Of a stretch of 64,000 nt of DNA, positions 46,609 through 54,409 are shown one piece after another. Both the position numbers and the translations under genes were made by a program. The notes beneath the pieces were generated by a model that saw nothing but the letters and a program-made list of their open reading frames with translations, had not been told where the DNA came from and did no database searches. How positions within the stretch are numbered: position 1 is the first letter of the stretch; each line of letters begins with the position of its first letter. This DNA comes from Polyangiaceae bacterium (lineage in GTDB: Bacteria > Myxococcota_A > Polyangia > Polyangiales > Polyangiaceae). The stretch covers positions 40,142 through 104,141 of the forward strand of contig JADLFU010000133.1 of NCBI GenBank assembly GCA_020849655.1, written 5' to 3'.

Positions 46609-47046
46609 ATGGCCACCCTGCTCGCGGAGCTGAAGACCCACCTCGTCGCCGCGATGAAGGCGAGCGCCGTCGTCGACAAGGAGATCCTGCGCGTCGCCAT
46701 CGGCGAGATCGAGACGGCCGCGTCGCGCGTCGACGCCTTCGACGACGAGGCCGCGCGCGGCGTCCTGCGCAAGCTCGTCAAATCCAACGAGGAGACCCGC
46801 GCGCTCGAGCCCGACGCGGCGACGCAGGCCGTGCTCGCGCGGGAGATCGAGGTGCTGCGCGGGTTCTTGCCGAGGGAGCTCGGCGTGGACGAGCTCGTCG
46901 CGCTCCTCGACCCCGTGCGAGACGCCGTCCGCGCCGCGACGAACGACGGCCAGGCGACGGGCGTCGCGATGAAGCACCTGAAGGTGACCGGCGTCACGGC
47001 GCCGGGCAAGGCGGTCGGCGACGCCGTGCGGCGCCTGCGCGCGTGA
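46609..47046 (+). CDS. GatB/YqeY domain protein
   Basis: ATG 46609 (MATLLAELKTHLVAAMKASAVVDKEILRVAIGEIE...). GTG 46585 is an alternative start. Confidence 0.85.
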   Translation: MATLLAELKTHLVAAMKASAVVDKEILRVAIGEIETAASRVDAFDDEAARGVLRKLVKSNEETRALEPDAATQAVLAREIEVLRGFLPRELGVDELVALLDPVRDAVRAATNDGQATGVAMKHLKVTGVTAPGKAVGDAVRRLRA

Positions 47047-47058
47047 GCGTGGGTCGCG

Positions 47059-47715
47059 CTACCTGCCGACGATCGGGCCGCGCATCGAGCCGACCGGGAT
47101 CTGCGGCTTCGACGCGGGCAGACGCGACTCGCTCGTGCGTTCGCCCTCGAGCTGCCCCATCATCTCGAGCGCGCGGTCCATCCCCATTTCCATCACGGCC
47201 TCGCGCTGGAAGAGGCCCACCATCTTCACCAGGCGGACGGCGAGCGTCTTGCCGAGATCGATCTCGCGCTCGACGAACGCCTCGAAGCTCTGGAACCCCT
47301 TCGCGGTGAAGAGCTTCCGGGCCTGCACGTCGCGCAGCATCAGGCCGACGTCGAAGAAGGTCTTCGGCAGCGTCTTCTTCATCGCCCGGAGCTTCTCAGA
47401 AATCGTGAACAGCTCGGCGATCTGCGCCTTGATCTCGTCGGCCGCGACCGGCGTGCGGATGGTCGCGCGCGCGCTGCCCGGAGGCGGCGGCTCGGCGGCC
47501 CGCTTGCGCGCCTCGGCGGCGTGCTTCGCGGCGTGACGCGCGGCCCACGGCGCCGCGCCGCGGAGCCCGAGGGCGCGCTTCGGCTGGTCGTCGTCCGCGG
47601 GGGCGGCCTTCGCCTTCTTCGAGTCGCTCGCCGGCTTCGCGGCTGCGAAGGACTGCTTCGACGGTTTGTCAGTCGCCTTGGGCTTCCCTGCCGGCTTCGC
47701 GTTCTTGATCGCCAT
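47059..47715 (-). CDS. hypothetical protein with Lys/Ala/Pro-rich histone-H1-like N-terminus and helical C-terminal domain
   Basis: ATG 47715 (MAIKNAKPAGKPKATDKPSKQSFAAAKPASDSKKAKAAPA...). The C-terminal part is KTFFDVGLMLRDVQARKLFTAKGFQSFEAFVEREIDLGKTLAVRLV. Confidence 0.6.
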   Translation of the reverse strand: MAIKNAKPAGKPKATDKPSKQSFAAAKPASDSKKAKAAPADDDQPKRALGLRGAAPWAARHAAKHAAEARKRAAEPPPPGSARATIRTPVAADEIKAQIAELFTISEKLRAMKKTLPKTFFDVGLMLRDVQARKLFTAKGFQSFEAFVEREIDLGKTLAVRLVKMVGLFQREAVMEMGMDRALEMMGQLEGERTSESRLPASKPQIPVGSMRGPIVGR

Positions 47716-47827
47716 CCCCTGTGTCGCGCTCCTGATGTCCGAGGCGACCGCGGGGCCGTTGCCGTGTCCCCCGGCCGTTGCGGCGGCCAGCTGTCGCCGG
47801 CGCCCAATCCGGGGGTTCCTTACCAAC

Positions 47828-47861
47828 CCGGCGGTCGTTCGTCCACCCCGAACGCCGCCGG
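47828..47861 (-). terminator. hairpin downstream of the PEGA-FGE gene pair
   Basis: CCGGCGG-T-CGTTCG / CGAACG-CCGCCGG: a 13-bp stem with one bulge and a 7-nt loop, 20 nt past the stop at 47881. No U-tract. Confidence 0.45.
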
Positions 47862-47880
47862 ATGTACCAATTTGGGTCGA

Positions 47881-49665
47881 TCAGCCCCCGCAGCAGCGGA
47901 ACCCGACCTCGGGCGACACGAACTTCCGCTGCTGCTTCGGCGCGTCGTCGAAGCACGAGAGGCCCGTCTTGCCGGAGGTGAACGAGCCGCCGCGCACGCG
48001 GCAGGTGTCGTCGGCCGACGCGTTCACGTCAGCGACGTCCCTCGTGCAGGAGGCCTCCCACTCGGCCACGTTGCCGCCGAGGTCGAGCGCGTCCGTGTAG
48101 CTCGAGACCGGCGAGTGACAGTTGGGCAGCGTGCCGGCCGCGTGGGTCGGCACGTCGCCGCCGCTGTTCGCGTACGCGCGCTTGGCCGCCACCGAGCCGT
48201 TGCAGAACTGCCCCTCCGGGGTCGCCGACCAGGTCTTGCCGTGGGTCCACTCGAAGACGCCGCCCGAGGAGCAGGCGTTCGTCCACTCGCTGATCCCGGC
48301 GTCGGCGAACTGGTCGGGCGGGACGTTCTCGCCGTTGCCGACGCGCCCGCACAGGCGCTTGCCGCGCGCCGCGCAGTAGGCGCGCGCGTCGCACCAGTCG
48401 ACGCAGACGACGGGGTGCTGGTCGCACGGCGGATCGGCCGCGACCTCGAAGGTCTTGGTCTCGTCGCAGATCGTCTTGGCCGACTTCGCCGTCGCCACGC
48501 ACGCGGCGTCGATCGCGAAGGAGGAGTTCGCCGCGCACCCCGCGGGCTGCCCGGCCGTGGGCGGGTTGGTCCCGAGCCAGGCCGCGTATTCGGCGCGCGT
48601 CACCTCCTTCGCGTCGATCTTCACGGTCGCGCAGGTCTGGGCGGTCGCGTTGCACTGCTTCGCCGGCGCCATCGTCGCGCAGTCGGTGGCCGAGTACTGT
48701 TGAAAGTCGGCGGCGCACGTCTGCAGGCTGCCCTTGTCGTCGCAGTACGCGAGCGGCTTGTCGTTCACGGTGCCAGCGCCGCCGGCGCCGCCCGCCGTGC
48801 CGCTGCCGGGACCACAGAACGGCTTCGTGCACGCGCCGCCCGCCTTGCCGCTGAGGCACAGCGCGTCGGAGGCGCAGGTCGCGATCGTCTCGTAGCCCGT
48901 CTGGGCGGCGTTGCACTTCTGGAGCGCCTTGCCGAGGCACGTGTACGTCCCCTGGGCGCACCCCGTCGCGGGGCACATGGACGCTCCCGCCGTCACGGCC
49001 TGCGCGCACGCCTCCGGGCTCGCGCAGGTGGCCTTGTCGCTCTTGCCCGGCGACTCCTTGTTGCACGTGACGAGCTTCGCGCCGTCGCACGACAGCTCGC
49101 CCGCGGGCGCGCACTGCCCCCAGGACTGCATCCAGCCGGGCTCGCTGCGGCTCACGCACGCGCCGGCGATGCAGTCTTGACCCTGGAACTGACAGGGCGA
49201 GGTGGCGCTGCACGCGGTGCGGCAGGTCTTGTCGAGGCCGCACGCGAGCGAGCCGTTCGCGCACGAGGACGCGCACTTCTCGGCGTCGCCGGGCAGGCGA
49301 CACCCACCCTTCGCGGGGGTGCCCAGGCAGACGCTGCCCTGCGCGCACGCGTCGTCGGCGGCGCACGGCTTGCGACAGAATCCGAACATGCAAGTCAACG
49401 ACGGACACTCCGCCTCGACGGTGCAAGGGCTCCCTTCGGCCCCGCTCGCGCTGCCGCCCGCGCCGGCCTTGCCGCCCTGCGCCGCGCCCGCCTGCGAGGT
49501 GCCGCCCTGCGAGGTGCCACCCTGCGAGGTGCCGCCCTGCGCCGCGCCCCCGCTGCCCGCCTGGGGATCGATCTCGAAGCCCGAGAAGCCCGCGATCATC
49601 TGGCAGCCCGCGAGCGCCGCGGTGGCGACCAGCGCGAGCAAGGGGCGCATCGACGTCGCGCGCAT
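47881..49665 (-). CDS. Cys-rich lipoprotein with C-terminal FGE-sulfatase (SUMF1/EgtB/PvdO-type) domain; paralogue of 7744..8997
   Basis: ATG 49665 (MRATSMRPLLALVATAALAGC). (GGTSQ)3 spacer. About 300 aa of Cys-rich repeats. KIDAKEVTRAEYAAWL...HPVVCVDWCDARAYCAARGKRLCG...LDLGGNVAEWEASC...VRGGSF...GFRCCGG. Confidence 0.85.
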   Translation of the reverse strand: MRATSMRPLLALVATAALAGCQMIAGFSGFEIDPQAGSGGAAQGGTSQGGTSQGGTSQAGAAQGGKAGAGGSASGAEGSPCTVEAECPSLTCMFGFCRKPCAADDACAQGSVCLGTPAKGGCRLPGDAEKCASSCANGSLACGLDKTCRTACSATSPCQFQGQDCIAGACVSRSEPGWMQSWGQCAPAGELSCDGAKLVTCNKESPGKSDKATCASPEACAQAVTAGASMCPATGCAQGTYTCLGKALQKCNAAQTGYETIATCASDALCLSGKAGGACTKPFCGPGSGTAGGAGGAGTVNDKPLAYCDDKGSLQTCAADFQQYSATDCATMAPAKQCNATAQTCATVKIDAKEVTRAEYAAWLGTNPPTAGQPAGCAANSSFAIDAACVATAKSAKTICDETKTFEVAADPPCDQHPVVCVDWCDARAYCAARGKRLCGRVGNGENVPPDQFADAGISEWTNACSSGGVFEWTHGKTWSATPEGQFCNGSVAAKRAYANSGGDVPTHAAGTLPNCHSPVSSYTDALDLGGNVAEWEASCTRDVADVNASADDTCRVRGGSFTSGKTGLSCFDDAPKQQRKFVSPEVGFRCCGG

Positions 49666-50660
49666 CAGAACCTCCCCCCGACGCTCGCGCCGGCGACGCC
49701 CGGGCCCACGCTCGGCGCGACGACGACGGCCGCCTCGCTGCGCCTCGACGAGACGACGAGGTACGCGCCGACGGCGACGCCGACCACGCCGAGACCGACG
49801 GCGACGTTGGCGACGTTGGCCTGGCTCTTCGCCGAGTCGTAGTCGTCGCCGACCGACGGGGCGCAGCCCTTGTGCGACGGGCAGGCCTCGTCGGCGGACT
49901 TGTACTTCGACATGGCCGAGAGGCCGACGAACGCGCCGACGCCCGTCAGCACCACGCCCGCGCCGCCGATCACGTAGCCGAGCGTGGGGCTCTTGCGCCG
50001 AGGCGGCGGAGGGGGCGTCGCGTCGCTGGTGGGCGCGGCCGTCGGCGCCGCGGCGGTGGCGCTCGAGGTCGGCGCGGCCGTCGGCGCCGGGGCGGCAGAC
50101 GCGTCGACCTCGAGCTTCGGCACCGTGATCTCCTGGACGTCGCCGTTCGCCTTCACCTCGAAGGTCTTCGTCCACGGCTTGAACCCGGGCGCGCTCGCCG
50201 CGAGCACGTGGCGGCCCGGATCGACCGGGAGCTTCGTGCCGAGCGACGCGCCCTCGATGAGCTCGTCGTCGCGCTCGAGCTTGAGGTTCGGCACGCGCTC
50301 GGCGACCTTCACGACGAGGAACGAGAGCTTCGGCTCGAGCGCCGCGGCGCGCTTCTTCGCCTCCTCGCTGCGCTGGGCCTGGCCCTGCGACTTCGCGACG
50401 CGCGACGCCGAGAGGAACTCTCCCCACGCGCTCGCGGTCTTGCCCTGCTTCTGATGGCAGTCGGCGAGGTTGAGCAGCGTGCCGGACGACGACTCGAGGC
50501 GGTTCGACTCCGCGAGCTTCGCGCAGGCGCCTGCCACGTCCCCGGCGGCGAGCAGCTTCTTGCCCTCGCGGAAGAGCACCTCGGCCGCCGCGGAGTCCGC
50601 GAGCGCGGACGCGGCGCAACAGAGCACCGCGAGCGCGGCGCGAGCGTTCCCTCTCATCAT
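49665..50660 (-). CDS. membrane protein with TPR-like N-domain, PEGA-like beta domain and two C-terminal TM helices
   Basis: ATG 50660 (MMRGNARAALAVLCCAASALA signal). ...PGRHVLAASAPGFKPWTKTFEV (PEGA-like). Its TGA shares one base with the downstream ATG (TGATG). Confidence 0.7.
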   Translation of the reverse strand: MMRGNARAALAVLCCAASALADSAAAEVLFREGKKLLAAGDVAGACAKLAESNRLESSSGTLLNLADCHQKQGKTASAWGEFLSASRVAKSQGQAQRSEEAKKRAAALEPKLSFLVVKVAERVPNLKLERDDELIEGASLGTKLPVDPGRHVLAASAPGFKPWTKTFEVKANGDVQEITVPKLEVDASAAPAPTAAPTSSATAAAPTAAPTSDATPPPPPRRKSPTLGYVIGGAGVVLTGVGAFVGLSAMSKYKSADEACPSHKGCAPSVGDDYDSAKSQANVANVAVGLGVVGVAVGAYLVVSSRRSEAAVVVAPSVGPGVAGASVGGRF

Positions 50661-50776
50661 CACCCTCGTACGGTCGCAAAGGCGGAGACGGCGGGCAAGC
50701 TCTTCGACGCCTCGGCGTGGCAGATCGCGCTCCATGACCGCGCCGACGCGTTCTCCGCGCCGGCACGTCGCCGCAG

Positions 50777-50962
50777 GTGGGCGTGCTCGAGCTGTCGCGG
50801 TTCATGTTCGACGGGCGCGACAGCGGCGGCGTGGTCCCGAACGCGGCGTCCGCGGTCATCCGCGCGCTCGGGAAGCAGCTGGTCATCGACGGCCACGCCC
50901 CGCTCATCCGCGGCGGCAGGCCGGTGCGCGAGACGCTCGCGCGCGTGGTCGTCGCCTCGTAG
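50777..50962 (+). CDS. orphan small ORF (61 aa), possibly a gene remnant
   Basis: All 61 codons I read end in G or C while positions 1 and 2 are mixed, which is strongly coding-like. GTG start, no clear RBS, no recognised family. Confidence 0.3.
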   Translation: MGVLELSRFMFDGRDSGGVVPNAASAVIRALGKQLVIDGHAPLIRGGRPVRETLARVVVAS

Positions 50963-51094
50963 GGGGAGACGGAGGCCGAGCGGCGCCCGGCGTGTGGGCC
51001 GTGTGGGCCGTGGGGTACCGCGGCGAGCTGGCGAGCCTGACGGAGGTGGAGAGGGTGACGAGGCAGCATTGAGGCTGACGAACCCTCGCGCGCC

Positions 51095-51448
51095 TCACCG
51101 AGCACCTTTGGCCTCGTCGTAGCAGAACCGGCTGCAGTACCGCCCGAAGTGGAGGTGATCCGCGTGCTCCCCGCAGACGCGGCAGTGCCCAGGAACGGAG
51201 TCGGAGGTATCCGACGCGGCCTGCGACCCGCCCTGCTGCGCTGGGTCGTAGAAGAGCCGCGAGCGGGCACCGCACCGGCAAGTGTGATCTTGGCCCGGCT
51301 CGCCCGACCCGAGCAGGGAGTCCATGAGACCCAGGAGCGACCGCGCCCTGGCCTCACGCTCCGCTTGGGGCCGGAGCTTGCCCTGGCGGCCGTAGAACTC
51401 CACGACCTCATTCCGCCCGCACGCGGGACAGTGGAACACCATTTTCAT
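51095..51448 (-). CDS. small zinc-ribbon protein (117 aa)
   Basis: GAGAGGAG Shine-Dalgarno about 6 nt upstream of ATG 51448. N-terminal CPAC...CRC. C-terminal CRVCGEHADHLHFGRYCSRFC (C-x2-C-x11-C-x3-C, FCS/TRASH/YacG-like). Confidence 0.6.
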   Translation of the reverse strand: MKMVFHCPACGRNEVVEFYGRQGKLRPQAEREARARSLLGLMDSLLGSGEPGQDHTCRCGARSRLFYDPAQQGGSQAASDTSDSVPGHCRVCGEHADHLHFGRYCSRFCYDEAKGAR

Positions 51449-51591
51449 CTCGAACTCCTCTCGTCTCGCCAGACCTCTCCATGCTGCCCACCGGTCCTCG
51501 GGGCGACGTGGGCGACGTAGGCGCCTACGTCCGTCGCCGTCGTCCCCCCCGCCCTCGAGGACCGTGCGCGATCGTGTGCCTCGAGCGCCGG

Positions 51592-51801
51592 TCAGACGAC
51601 CCCGTGCGACTCGATACCGGCAGCGCGAGTCAGGTCGTCACCCACCACCAGGTATGCTTTTCCCTTGTATCCCGCCTCGACCAAGCGATTCAGCAGCCTG
51701 GCCAGCGCATCGACGCGCGAGTGGCCGCTGGCCGACAGTTCACCACCATGCGCGACGCGCGCGACCGCGTGCCCATCGATCACGAAGATCTCTATCGCCA
51801 T
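51592..51801 (-). CDS. small HicB-like / UPF0150-fold protein (69 aa)
   Basis: ATG 51801 preceded by GAGGAGGAG. MAIEIFVIDGHAVARVAHGGELSASGHSRVDALARLLNRLVEAG follows the beta-beta-beta-alpha pattern of HicB-type antitoxin N-domains (by eye). Confidence 0.5.
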   Translation of the reverse strand: MAIEIFVIDGHAVARVAHGGELSASGHSRVDALARLLNRLVEAGYKGKAYLVVGDDLTRAAGIESHGVV

Positions 51802-51894
51802 GTCATCTCCTCCTCGATGCCGCCACACCGCGACGCGCCACCCGGCGCCACCGCAAGACTCCCATCCGGTGTCCGAAGTCGGGTTCCGAAGCCA

Positions 51895-52161
51895 TCACGG
51901 TTCCGTCACACCGTCTCCGTCACCGCATTGCGTGGCCCGTCGGCGACTCCGGGCATCCAACACGACGCAGCCGCGCGAAGCCCCGGCACAACAGCCCGCC
52001 ATCGAGTGGGCGTCGAGCTCCTTCCGCGCGTGCTCAGGGATCTTGACGGTGAGCGCGCCGCCGTCGATGGGTGTAGACACCAGATCCGGTCGGAAATTCC
52101 CGTTGCATGTGGCGATCCAGCGGGGGAGCCGCGCGGAGTCGCCCGCGGTGACGAGCGTCAC
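51895..52161 (-). CDS. questionable ORF (88 aa)
   Basis: GTG start 22 nt after the ferritin-like gene stop. GC3 bias is good for the first ~45 codons and then decays. ...IDGGALTVKIPEHARKELDA faintly recalls AbrB/MazE-type strands. Confidence 0.2.
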   Translation of the reverse strand: MTLVTAGDSARLPRWIATCNGNFRPDLVSTPIDGGALTVKIPEHARKELDAHSMAGCCAGASRGCVVLDARSRRRATQCGDGDGVTEP

Positions 52162-52182
52162 CGAAGCGCGCGCCAGCCGCGC

Positions 52183-52875
52183 TCAGAGCCAGCGCGCGTA
52201 CCGCTCGCGGAGGGCGCCCGTCGGCACCCCGCACGCGTCGAACCCGGGCGCGATCACGTCCCGCAGCGCGGCCACGAACACGGCTCGCCGCGTCGCTCGC
52301 GACAGGCAGCCGAGGCCCTCGAGCGCGCCCATCGCCGCGTCCTCGGGCTCGTCCGAGAGCAGCTCGTCCGTCACCGCGCCGTCGACGATCGCGGGCAGCT
52401 CGCGGCCGAGCCACGCCTTCGCGCGCGCGTCGTCGACCGTCGAGAGGTACGCCCACCCGAGCCTCGCGTGCGCGATCTCGTCGCGCAGCACCTCGTGCAG
52501 CACCGCGCGCACGTCGGCGCGGGTCGCGCGCTCGCGCATCGCCAAGAGCGCCACCGTCGACAGGCTCTCGGTGACGCACGAGAGCGCGGCGCACTCGGCG
52601 AGCACGCGGCGATCGTCGGGGACGCCCGCCACGACCTCGCGAGGCGCCACGTCCTCGGGCGCCGGCCCGCGGACGCCGAGGCGCTCGGCGAGCTCGGTCG
52701 CCCACGCGGCGTGGCGCTCCTCGTCGAGGCTCGCGCGCTCCGCCAGCTCGATCAGCGCACCAGGCGCGCCGACGCCGCGCATCCGCGCGCCCAGCCGCGC
52801 GAAGAACGCCGCGGCCTCGCGCTCCACCCGCGCCCGCTGCGCCCACGTGAGGCCAGCCGCCTGCTCGGGCGTCAC
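52183..52875 (-). CDS. ferritin-like di-iron carboxylate protein
   Basis: Four-helix E / ExxH / E / ExxH pattern: VEREAAAFF, LDEERHAAW, CVTESLS, LRDEIAHARL. Preferred start GTG 52875 overlaps the upstream TGA (GTGA). The track ORF starts at TTG 52920. Confidence 0.7.
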   Translation of the reverse strand: MTPEQAAGLTWAQRARVEREAAAFFARLGARMRGVGAPGALIELAERASLDEERHAAWATELAERLGVRGPAPEDVAPREVVAGVPDDRRVLAECAALSCVTESLSTVALLAMRERATRADVRAVLHEVLRDEIAHARLGWAYLSTVDDARAKAWLGRELPAIVDGAVTDELLSDEPEDAAMGALEGLGCLSRATRRAVFVAALRDVIAPGFDACGVPTGALRERYARWL

Positions 52876-53321
52876 TCCCCGCAGCACGGCGTGCAGCAGG
52901 GCTGGGACTCCCAGCAGCAAGGGAAGCCGGAGCAGTGGCCCTGCTCATCCCGCGCGTGGTTCGCGCACTCGGCGACGCAGGCGGGCGACGTCGCGCCGGA
53001 GCCCGCCGCGCCCGCCGCACCCGCGCTAGCGGCGCCTGCCGCGCCCGCGGAGCTGGCGCCTGCCGCGCCCGCGGAGCTGGCGCCTGCCGCGCCCGCGGAG
53101 GCCGTGCCCGTGCCCGCCGTGCCCGTGCCCGCCGTGCCCGCCGAGGCCGTGCCCGTGCCCGCCGTGCCCGCCGCGCCTGCGGCGCTGGTGCCTGCTGCGT
53201 TCGTCCCGGCGGCGCCGCCCGTCGGCGCGGGGTCGGGATCGTCGCCGCCGCACCCCAGCGTGTGCGCGCCGAGCGCGGCCGAGCCGACGACCAGGACGTG
53301 AAAGAGCTTCGAAGCGTTCAT
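52872..53321 (-). CDS. small lipoprotein (149 aa) with Gly/Ala/Thr spacer and C-terminal 9-Cys core (three PCC motifs)
   Basis: ATG 53321 with GGAGGA 7 nt upstream. MNASKLFHVLVVGSAALGAHTLGC signal/lipobox. Ends SPACVAECANHARDEQGHCSGFPCCWESQPCCTPCCGE. Confidence 0.65.
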   Translation of the reverse strand: MNASKLFHVLVVGSAALGAHTLGCGGDDPDPAPTGGAAGTNAAGTSAAGAAGTAGTGTASAGTAGTGTAGTGTASAGAAGASSAGAAGASSAGAAGAASAGAAGAAGSGATSPACVAECANHARDEQGHCSGFPCCWESQPCCTPCCGE

Positions 53322-53380
53322 CTGTGATCCTCCGCCGCGGACGATGCGCGCCTGGGGCTCGCAGCTCCATCGCAGCCTCG

Positions 53381-54331
53381 TCAGCGGATCGTTGCGCCTG
53401 GGTTCATGATCGTGCGCGCGTGCTCCTCCGCGATCCGCGCCCGCAGCGCCGCGAGCAGCTCGTCCACGAGAGGGCGCCGCCGCGCGACGGCCGCGAAGAC
53501 GTCGACGTCCGGGACGCGCGCGGCGTCGAGCAGCCACAGGTCCCCGCGCGCCACGTGCGGGCGCGCGACGACGTCCGGCAAGACGACGAGGAACTGCCCG
53601 CCTAGGCCGACGGCGAGGTTCGTCGACAGGTTCATGATCTGGAACCCCACCCGACGCTCCACCTCCACCGGCCACCCGTCCATCGGCGTGCCGCGCACGC
53701 CCACCGACGCGACGCTGAAGGGGTGAGAGAGCACCTGTGCGAGCGTCGCGCGCCGCTTCTTGAACAGGCGGTGCCCGCGCCCGGCGAACACGTGGCTGCG
53801 CACGCTCCCGACGCGCTCGCACCGCACGTCGGGGTGCGCGGTCGCGTCGTAGTAGAGCGCGAGATCGAGCTCGCCGGCGACGAGGCGCTGGTTGGCCTCG
53901 CGCGACTGCGCGACGCTGAGGACGGGCACGACGCCGGGGCGCGCGGCCGCCAAGGCGAGCAGGCACGGCAACAGCAAGTGATCGGTCAGGACGCCGAGCG
54001 AGCTGACGCTCAGCGTGCCTGTGTCCTCGGGCCCGACGACGGACGGCAGCGCCTCCTCGACGACGGCCGACGCGCGCTGCAGCGCCGCGAGCAGGCGGTG
54101 CCCGGCCGGGTTGAGCACGATGCGCCGCCCCGACCGCGCGAACAGCTCGCGCCCGAGGGCCTCCTCCACGCGGCGCACGGTGCGCGACAGCGCCGACGCC
54201 GAGACGTGCAGCTTCGCCGCCGCGGTCGGCAGGTGCGCGCTCTCCGCGACCGCCTTGAACGCCGGGATCCACGCCCAGACGTCGCGCGCGAGCGCGGCGG
54301 GCTCGCGCGGCGCCGACCGTCGTCTGCTCAT
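53381..54331 (-). CDS. LysR family transcriptional regulator
   Basis: FKAVAESAHLPTAAAKLHVSASALSRTVRRVEEALGRELFARSGRRIVLNPAG HTH plus a LysR substrate-binding body. Confidence 0.9.
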   Translation of the reverse strand: MSRRRSAPREPAALARDVWAWIPAFKAVAESAHLPTAAAKLHVSASALSRTVRRVEEALGRELFARSGRRIVLNPAGHRLLAALQRASAVVEEALPSVVGPEDTGTLSVSSLGVLTDHLLLPCLLALAAARPGVVPVLSVAQSREANQRLVAGELDLALYYDATAHPDVRCERVGSVRSHVFAGRGHRLFKKRRATLAQVLSHPFSVASVGVRGTPMDGWPVEVERRVGFQIMNLSTNLAVGLGGQFLVVLPDVVARPHVARGDLWLLDAARVPDVDVFAAVARRRPLVDELLAALRARIAEEHARTIMNPGATIR

Positions 54332-54409
54332 CCGCGCATCGTCGCCCGCCGCCGCGGCGAGGCCAAGCGGCGCGCCCCCGTGCTATGCCGGCGGCCCCAC
54401 GGACAGCCC

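Noticed and set aside
50495-50515. ggttcgactcc, a T-loop-like motif.
   Set aside because: It lies inside the well-supported CDS 49665..50660, and no surrounding cloverleaf can be drawn.
52876-52920. TTG 52920 as the start of the ferritin-like gene, as in the track.
   Set aside because: It would overlap the Cys-rich gene by 49 nt. GTG 52875 gives the classic GTGA stop/start junction and removes a non-signal-like hydrophobic extension. This is not proven.
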